Shown: one piece after another, positions 56,360 through 64,000 of the stretch
Numbering within the stretch: position 1 is the first letter of the stretch
Layout: each line of letters opens with the position of its first letter
Assembly (NCBI RefSeq): GCF_009914755.1
Contig: NC_060930.1
Origin: the human T2T-CHM13v2.0 reference genome, Homo sapiens
Reading direction: 5' to 3' (one strand)
DNA: 64,000 bases
Notes under the pieces: model-generated
What the model saw: the letters and a program-made list of their open reading frames with translations, nothing else
What the model was told of the DNA's origin: nothing
Databases searched by the model: none
Translations under genes and position numbers: made by a program

Positions 56360-56570
56360 AGGGTAGCCAATCATCAGGCCAAATTCAACTAGCTGCCTGT
56401 TTTCCTAAATAAAATTTTATTCAAATGTGGACACACCCATTCCTTTATGTATTACCTATGCCCACAATCATGCTACAGATCAAGTAGTGGTGCAAAAGAC
56501 TTTATGGTTCACAAAACCTAAAATATTTACTGCCTGGTCCTTTACAGAAAATATATGCATGCCAACCCAT
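56360..56570. mobile_element. MER58A-like DNA transposon
   Basis: ggccaaattc...ctgcctgttttt...aaaatatttactgcctggtcctttacagaaaa. Confidence 0.75.
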
Positions 56571-57973
56571 GCTGTAGGTAAATTCCTATCATGCTACTCA
56601 AAAGGTATAAAAATTTGATAAGAATAGTACACAAAGATATGGTTTTACTTTGAAAAATATTTTTTGTACTAAGCTGTGGAACAGATGCTGCATGTGTTGA
56701 TAGTACACAGAAAGAAGTGCAAGATGCCACAACCCTGTTTGCCAAACTTACCGGGAAAATAATAGTGCTCTCAGGTTAAAGTATAAAACACACAGAGTAG
56801 ATGAGAGTGTAGTTATGAAGAGTCACCTTATGAAGAAAGAAAAGCTCCCAGGCTGAGTCTCAACTATGTAATACTCAATGTAAGCGTTGGGTAACAAGAA
56901 GTAAAGAGGTGGGTGTAGGAACTTAGCAAGAGAAGCGCCGGAAAGGAAGTATGACAGAAGCAAATTTGAGTCTCCTAAGAGAATTTAGAGGTGAGGATAT
57001 TGTGGGCTACAAATAAGAGGGAATCTATAGTCTATATGACAGATATCTCCATAAAATAAATATAAATGATACCAGCCATTAAAGTAACTAACTTCCTTTG
57101 GTCTGATTCCATGGTCACCAAGCAACCTTCAGATTATTACACAGCTTTTCAGTTAGATTTCCTACAAAAGATAAAGTAATGTGCCTATGAAAATGAGAAT
57201 TTGGTCTTTGGTTAACCTGGCTGTACTGGAGAGCACTGAACCCATCTCGAGATGCCAATGACACTTCTGAGTTTGCAAGCCAGTGCCCTAGATAGACTCT
57301 GGAATTCACCCAGGAAGCGCGGACTAATCAGCTTTCTCTGAAGATAACTGCTCACACACCCAGCCAACTATTTTAAACTAGAACTGATGTTCCTATTGGA
57401 TTAAAGCCTGACACGAAGTATGTATTTTTCAGTTTAAGCACAGGACAGTTAGTTTTATGAAGTATTTTGAAAATGCATGAACTTAATGATTTAATATTAA
57501 AAGCTTATGGAGATATCCTAAACGGCAACTTAAATTACTCTTCCAGATAAAACATATATGGTACTTACATATACTCTTTATTAAATAAACAAAAACAATC
57601 CAACAACTGCTTGTCACCTTTTTAAGTATATTTTTATACTTACAGCATATATGTAAACAATATATTTTTCTTTCAAAAGTTAGTTATTACAGGATGCATT
57701 AACAAGATGCCCTCTGGGAAAATTTCAGCTTTCTTTTAATGAAACTTATTTCAAGGTTAAGTTAAAAGAAGTCACACTAAAGGGAAATCTGTTGTCTTCT
57801 TCGGGAAAATGATATAAGAATATTAATAATCTAATAGAATAAATATGCTTTCAATAATGAAACAAAAAAACACAACTTCGCAGCTGGCTATTTTTATTGT
57901 CCTTTGAAGAATTCTCTCCCAAGCTACTGAAACTTAAAGTATCACACTGTGACAGACTTTAATCCCATCTTAC

Positions 57974-58026
57974 CTGGTGTCCACATTTCTAAAGAAGCTG
58001 CTTATTGCCTCATCATAAATTCCTTT
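57974..58026 (-). CDS. TUBE1: TUBE1 coding exon 3 (KGIYDEAISSFFRNVDT)
   Basis: ttttag| ... |gtaaga; 53 nt. Confidence 0.95.
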
Positions 58027-58650
58027 CTAAAAAGAAAAACATATGTTAATAGCATTTAGGTTTTGCTTCTCGCCCAAATCAAGTTCTTTCAATTTTAATT
58101 ACATAATACTGTAATGGCTAGGATGAGACTCTGATAAGAAAAACCAAGTATCACAAAATGCGGAGCCTGACTCTTCCCAATCTCCTTAGAAGAGTAAATG
58201 CCAGATCTACAGATAAAAAGTTCAGCAGGGGGTGCTAAAGAAAGGATTTCACCCATAGGACTGTAGGACAGGTCCATCAAATGAGCGTTCTCTGGATTCT
58301 TCGTAATCTTTTTAAAAGCTGACTGGTTAAATTAAGGAATACAATAACCACACGTGTTATCTATTTTACAAAGTACTTTCCCATATACAAATCTCACTGT
58401 TCTGCACACGAACACCAATAAAGAGGAGACCCTGAGAATCAGGAAAAACGTTAAGACTAAGGTCGCTGGCCAGTGTTCTTTTAGTTTAGTGTGTGTCTGA
58501 CGCAACATGTTTAAAAACCAGTACGTTCTTTACTGGGAAGATCCCATGCATCTTAAACGGGTCAGATGAAAGCTCAAGTCGATTATTTCCTGCGTATGGG
58601 CTGGAAGACCTAGCTGACAGGCGAGGGGGCTCGCGGCGGCGGGCGGGTAC

Positions 58651-58724
58651 CTGGTTGACCGCGGCGTGCTCCCTTAGTGCCAGGTCCCAGAAGCAGCAGC
58701 CGATCTGGTTTCCGCACTGGCCGA
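58651..58724 (-). CDS. TUBE1: TUBE1 coding exon 2 (GQCGNQIGCCFW...AVNQ)
   Basis: Tubulin GQCGNQIG motif; tcgcag| ... |gtaccc; 74 nt. Confidence 0.97.
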
Positions 58725-58827
58725 CTGCGACCGGAGGAGAGGAAGGAAAGAGAATAGGACATTAAGCAGGAAACATGGCCGCTGGATTCCGCGGCGACCA
58801 GGTCTCTACCCGCCCGGCGTAGCTTAC

Positions 58828-58852
58828 CCTGTACGACCACCGACTGGGTCAT
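58828..58852 (-). CDS. TUBE1: TUBE1 coding exon 1 (MTQSVVVQ)
   Basis: caccATGacc start; donor G|gtaagc; 25 nt. Confidence 0.96.
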
Positions 58853-59039
58853 GGTGGTGCGCCGCCGGCTCCGGGAGCTTGCTAGCCCGCGGCCGCTTCT
58901 GCATTCCCCCAGCAACGGCGCTCTGCTAGAGAGCTGCCGTAAGTCACGCTACTGCCGCAAGCCTCTGCCGTCGCTAAGCACGTCTGTAGGTTCAGGCTAA
59001 GGTTTTCCGTCAGAAGGCCGCGCAAGTGCACTTGCGTGT

Positions 59040-59138
59040 CACCGTTACCGTAGCGACTGGGCTTCTGGACTGTATATCCTAGCTGCCTTGTCAACATCTT
59101 CGAGCATCGGCAGCTCCGGAGGCCGGGGTAACTGGCAG
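59040..59138 (+). other. FAM229B: Probable non-coding first exon of the divergent gene FAM229B (start approximate)
   Basis: Donor GCAG|gtaact inside the CpG island; gene identity is from recalled synteny, no coding sequence seen in the window. Confidence 0.55.
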
Positions 59139-62100
59139 GTAACTAGGCTTTGGAGTGGTATTTTAAAATATGTGTCGTTAAGCTGTTCGTGGGCTATCAG
59201 AGGTTTAATTTTTGTTCACAGCCTCAACACCCGGGGCGGTGGATCAGTCCGTTTATTCAGATTCCACGGGACGCTGCGTTGGCATCTCTGTTCAACAAGC
59301 CCTTTATTCTAATAGAAAATGAACAATGGCGTTGAGCAAAGAGAAACCCCAGAGAAATAGTCATGTCAGGGCACAATTGAAACTAGATGGTTATACGCTT
59401 TGACAAAAATGGCAAAGCTAAGGTCACAGACCCAACCAGTATTTGTTGAACGCTGTATACTCCCCAAATTAACTTGTAGGCTCGCTGGGAAGATTAGAAA
59501 GAAATTAAGGCATAGATCCAGTTCCAAGAAGCTTACAATCTAATTGAAGACATACACGCGAAATACTTAAAGAATTGTGTGGCGTTGACTATAAGTGCAA
59601 TAGGATTCAGTGGTTGAGGATGTAGATGAGTATGTAGAAGTCTGATAGAAGACACGAGATTAACACTAGGCATTTAGATGGGTATTTAGATGGGATAGGC
59701 AGGAGAAGATTAAAAAGTTAGGCATTATGACAATTACCAACTACTTAAAATTGTCAAACATTAAAATATGTAAACTTCTATTGATCAAATTAGACCAGAT
59801 TTTAATTAAGAACTCAAGTACTTCTTTAATGAAATTAATATTTTCCACAAAAATTCTGAAGAACTACGAAACTCTAAGAAGTCTTCTTTGTTTAATAAAA
59901 AGTTATATGGTATGTGCTATGAATATGTGCTAATATGAACTGTAATATTCAATGGATTAGAACACTTTATTGTCCCACCAAGACACGTAGTAGTTACTAT
60001 TAAATTTCTCTGGTAGCCGGTAGGTTTAAAGTTGCAATGGATTTTATATCTTTTGGTAATAGGCAGCTTTCGGTCAGTAAATTTTTGTAGGCTGGATTTA
60101 TTCTTAACTTCTTACTGAGTATGGGGTCAGTGGTAGAGGTAAAGTTGGGCATTTTAGGTCTTGATGCTAAAGTCCCAACGTCTGGGGCTTCCAAAATTTG
60201 CAAGTCTTGGTCCAGTTTGTAGGCAGTGATGTGAATAGGTCTGTATCAGTGTGTTATCAGTGCTAGGTGAGATGATACACTGGCCTTTGCAGAGCCCTAC
60301 CCTTCATGCAGTCCCAGTCATTATTCCCCACACAGGAAAGAAAAGTCCTAACACATCTTATTAATAACTTCAGTCTCTAGAGAATCAGACTGAGAGACAG
60401 TTCTGCTTAAGAGCCAAGCAAGGTAGAGCCTCACATGCCAGCCACTCCAAAACTTCCGTATATGCAAACCCGGGTGAGCCAAGTTGAGATCGGTTGAACC
60501 GCAGCGGGCTATTCAGAATATTATAAGCAAGAGAAATGTTTTTGGTTGAAATTACTGAAATTTTGGGGTGCAGTTTTATTGTAGTGATAGCTGACCAACA
60601 TACAGAGCAAATAGAGTGAACAGAATTCCACATGCTGAAAATGAAAAAGAAAAAAATTATTGGGAATCCTATGGACTCCTAAAATTGAAGGAAGGAAGAC
60701 AAGGATGGAAGGGAGAGAGGGAGGGAAGGGGGAGAGGAAGGAAGGAACGATGTAAAAGATGGATAAAGTACAAGACCTTGGGGTAAAACCTAGCCTAAGA
60801 GGGGAGAAAAGAAAATTCATCATATCTACTTTGTGCTGAAGAAGAACTTAAGAATATGAATGCAATAAAACAGGAACTTAAAGACAAGATACTAAAATAA
60901 TAAGACTCAAGCTCTATGAGGGCTGAGTCTTGTTGTTTTATCCACTACTAGGGATAGTACCTTGCATATAGTAGATAGTAAATAAATATTTGATGAATAA
61001 ATGAAATAAAATGGAGATAAAAGAACTAAGGAAATTAACTGAAGACAACAACATCCACCTTAAAGGACTTAAAGAAATAATTTTTAAAAGCATTTAAGAA
61101 GCAGACTAGAGAGATGCACATCAAATTATAATGTAGAGGAAAGTCTTAAAATAATAACAATACTAGGCAAAACCCAGAGATATGAAAGTTATTAAAAATA
61201 ATATGTATGAAGGAGACAAAGATGGCTCAACATAAGATTAACATGTGCCCACAGCAAATGGAGGAAAAAATGTACTTGATAAAAAAAAAGGAAGAAAAAT
61301 ACATAGATTAAAAGGATACACACTATGTTCTATAGGACAATTTATAGAAAAATCAACACCAAGACATGCAGCCTCATTAAGGCATTCAACTTTTCAGAAT
61401 AAAGAGAGAATTTTTTAGGTACCTAGGCATGAAATGAACGGGGGAGTGGGATGAAGAAAAAACAATTAATTAGAGTACTTTAGACTCATCTATATAGCAC
61501 ATTCAGTACTGGAAGGCATTGAAAACATGCTGCAAAGTTCTGAAGGGGAATAAAATGTTTTAGAAGAAAATTATTCTGTAGCTTTTGTAAGTTGTCATTA
61601 AAATATAATTCAGAGTTGTGGGTGGTCTGTTTTTATTCTTGCTTGCACACCGCCATTTCTGAGCTCATCTCTTTCTCATATAACTTGACAAACAGTAGCA
61701 ACTGACATGTTATTGTTTTCCAGCCTCTTCTCCCAACATTTAAATTCATTAGTTAAATCACATGCCTTCTAGGTTATCACAGAGTTTTCCAAAGATTTTT
61801 CCCAATAGGTTTGTTCCTGGGTGACATAGATCACTATCCTTTTAGCTTTCCACAACAGTTTCCTTGTTAATTGCTGCTTGACCACTTAGGTATGGTGACT
61901 TATATTTTAGATTTTTGTTATAGCGGTACCTAAGTCTGGACCAAAGTCTGTATACATCAGCATAAACTTTGTTGTGCTGTGGTAACAATCAACCCCAAAA
62001 TCTCAGTGGTGTAAAACAACAATTTTTTTTTTGTACATGATACATGTCCATTGAGGGGTGTCTGGGGGCTATGCTTTATGTTATCCCCCTTCTGGCACTC

Positions 62101-62149
62101 AGGCTGATGATCTGCCATTATTTGGTCCATTTTTGATTTGTTTGATTTT

Positions 62150-62665
62150 AAATTGATTAATTATTGTGTATATTAATGGGGTACAGTTGATTTTTTGATA
62201 AATATTTACATTGTGGAATGATTAAATCAATCTGATTAACATATCCATCATTTCACATACTCAGAATTTTTTTGTGATGAGAACATTTAAAATCTGCTCT
62301 TTTAGCAGTTCTGAAATATATATTATTAATAACTAGTCACCATGCTATGTAATAGATCTATAAAACTTATTCCTCCTAACTGAAACTTATTGTATCCGTT
62401 GGACATCTTTCTGATCTCTATCCCTGTCCCACCCTCCAGCTTTGCTACCCTCTGGTAACCACCATTCTACTCTCTACTTTTATGAGCTTGACTTTTTTAG
62501 ATTCCACATCTAAGTGGAGTGTTTCTCTTTCTGTGGCTGGCTAATATCACTTAGCATAATGTCCTCCAGGTTTATCCATGTTGTCACAAATGACGGCATT
62601 TTCTTCTTTTTTAAGGCTGAATAGTATTCCATTGTGTATATATACCACATTTTCTTTATCTGTTT
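62150..62665 (-). mobile_element. L1MA-type 3' end
   Basis: ctctggtaaccaccattctactctctac...ttagattccacat...ggctgaatagtattccattgtgtatatataccacattttc. Confidence 0.85.
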
Positions 62666-62679
62666 CTTTATTTGTTAGA

Positions 62680-64000
62680 GAGTATGCAAAAACAAAGCTC
62701 TGAAAATCTTTAAGGAGTTCCTCATGAGCCTAAACTGAGTGCTGATCCTTGCATGGATTCATGGAAACTATGTAAGACTGAGGAAAGAACCACTGGAAAT
62801 AAGCGGGCAGAACAATTCCTAGGGTTCACATAGGGCTAGGACTAATTCACATTCCCCGTATCTTGAGTGGAGAAACCTTAAAATAGCTGGAACATTGAGT
62901 TGAGTACTCAGAAAGGTACCTCAGTAGTGAAGAAAAGTTAGCCCTGGATGAAAGGCTGTTGTAATCTAGCTTAAGAGAGCATGAAACCAAGCCTCCAAAG
63001 AACCAGGCTGTTTCCAAATAGCTGTGTCCCAGAACAAAACTTAAAAATACTTAGAGGAATAAAAATAAAATTGTTTAGCAATGTAAAATCACAATGCCTG
63101 GCACCCAAGTCAAAAATTGCCAGATATGCAAAGATGAGTCCCATAATGAGGTGAAAAATTAGTTAAAAACAGAACAAGAAATGGCACAAATGAAAGAATT
63201 AGTAAACATAATAATTACATAAAATTAAAAGAACATTAAAGCAGTATATGTTCAAGAGGACAGAAGGAAGCCCAGGCAGACTGAGAAGGGACAAAGAAAT
63301 ATGAAAAAGAGATCCCAATTAGACTTCTAGAGATGAAAAGTACAATATCTAAGGTGAAAAATGGATGGAATAAAGAGCAGATTAGACATTAGGCAAAAGA
63401 AAAGATTAGCAAACTTAAAGATGTAGCAATGGAAACTGTGCAAAATAAAACAGAGAACAAAAAGATTTTTTTAAAAAGGAGAACTAGTGCACTGTGGGAC
63501 AACTTTCAACAGTGTAATATACATGTAACTGGCATGCCAGAGGAGGGAACAAAAAATACTTGAAGAAACAATGCCTAAAAAAATTTCAAATGTGATAAGT
63601 ATTATGCACCCACAGATCCAAGAAGCTCGGTGAACCTTAGGCACAAGAAACAGAAAGAAACTATGCCAAGTACATTGTAATCAAATTGCTTAATATCAGT
63701 GATAAAAAGCAAATATTAAAGCCAGCCAGATAAAAAAGACATATTACATATAGAGGAACAAAGATAAAAAAATCAACAGACTTCTTGTTGGGAACAATGC
63801 AAGCTGGAACATAGTGGACCCAAATCTTTAAAGTACCTAAAGAAAACAAAACTGCTAATTGAGAATTCTATACCCAGTTAAAATATTGTTCCACAATGAA
63901 TATGAAAAAAAGAGATATAAAAGCTAAATTAATTAATCACCAACAGACCAGCACTGTTAAATGAAACATTCAGGCAAAGGGAAAATTATGTTGTAAGAAA
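62680..64000 (+). mobile_element. Ancient L1M 5'/ORF1 region, running off the window end
   Basis: Degenerate ORF1-like text: cagattagaca, ctgtgggacaac, cagatccaagaagctc, agaattctatacccag. Confidence 0.75.

Larger units (their letters stand above)
58600..59300. promoter_or_regulatory. CpG island / bidirectional promoter with RFX X-box-like GTTACCGTAGCGAC (59044-59057)
   Basis: Dense CpG around TUBE1 exons 1-2 and upstream; divergent + strand splice donor at 59139. Confidence 0.85.

Overview
Human-type genomic DNA (Alu, SVA, L1PA), recognisable from its proteins as the CCN6 (WISP3)-TUBE1-FAM229B locus (6q21 from recall). CCN6 is complete on + (5 coding exons, 25776-41038, 354 aa, with an in-frame upstream ATG giving 372 aa). 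TUBE1 (epsilon-tubulin) is complete on - (12 coding exons, 58852-42830, 475 aa), tail-to-tail with CCN6. A CpG-rich bidirectional promoter at about 58.6-59.3 kb probably also drives FAM229B, whose coding exons are not visible here. I checked every exon junction for GT-AG and reading-frame continuity. The first 25 kb is intergenic: repeats, a 16-bp minisatellite and CTCF-like elements. I found no convincing new gene system. Best second-look items: an SVA with a 40-bp 5' transduction; an inverted L1 that skips almost all of ORF2; an Alu flanked by a ~215-bp duplication; a perfect 79-bp tandem duplication with C/D-box-like ends; an orphan TATA/YY1/CTCF element with an adjacent hairpin; an overlapping uORF in TUBE1; and latent splice sites in CCN6. 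Repeat subfamily names and ancient-repeat boundaries are by eye and approximate.
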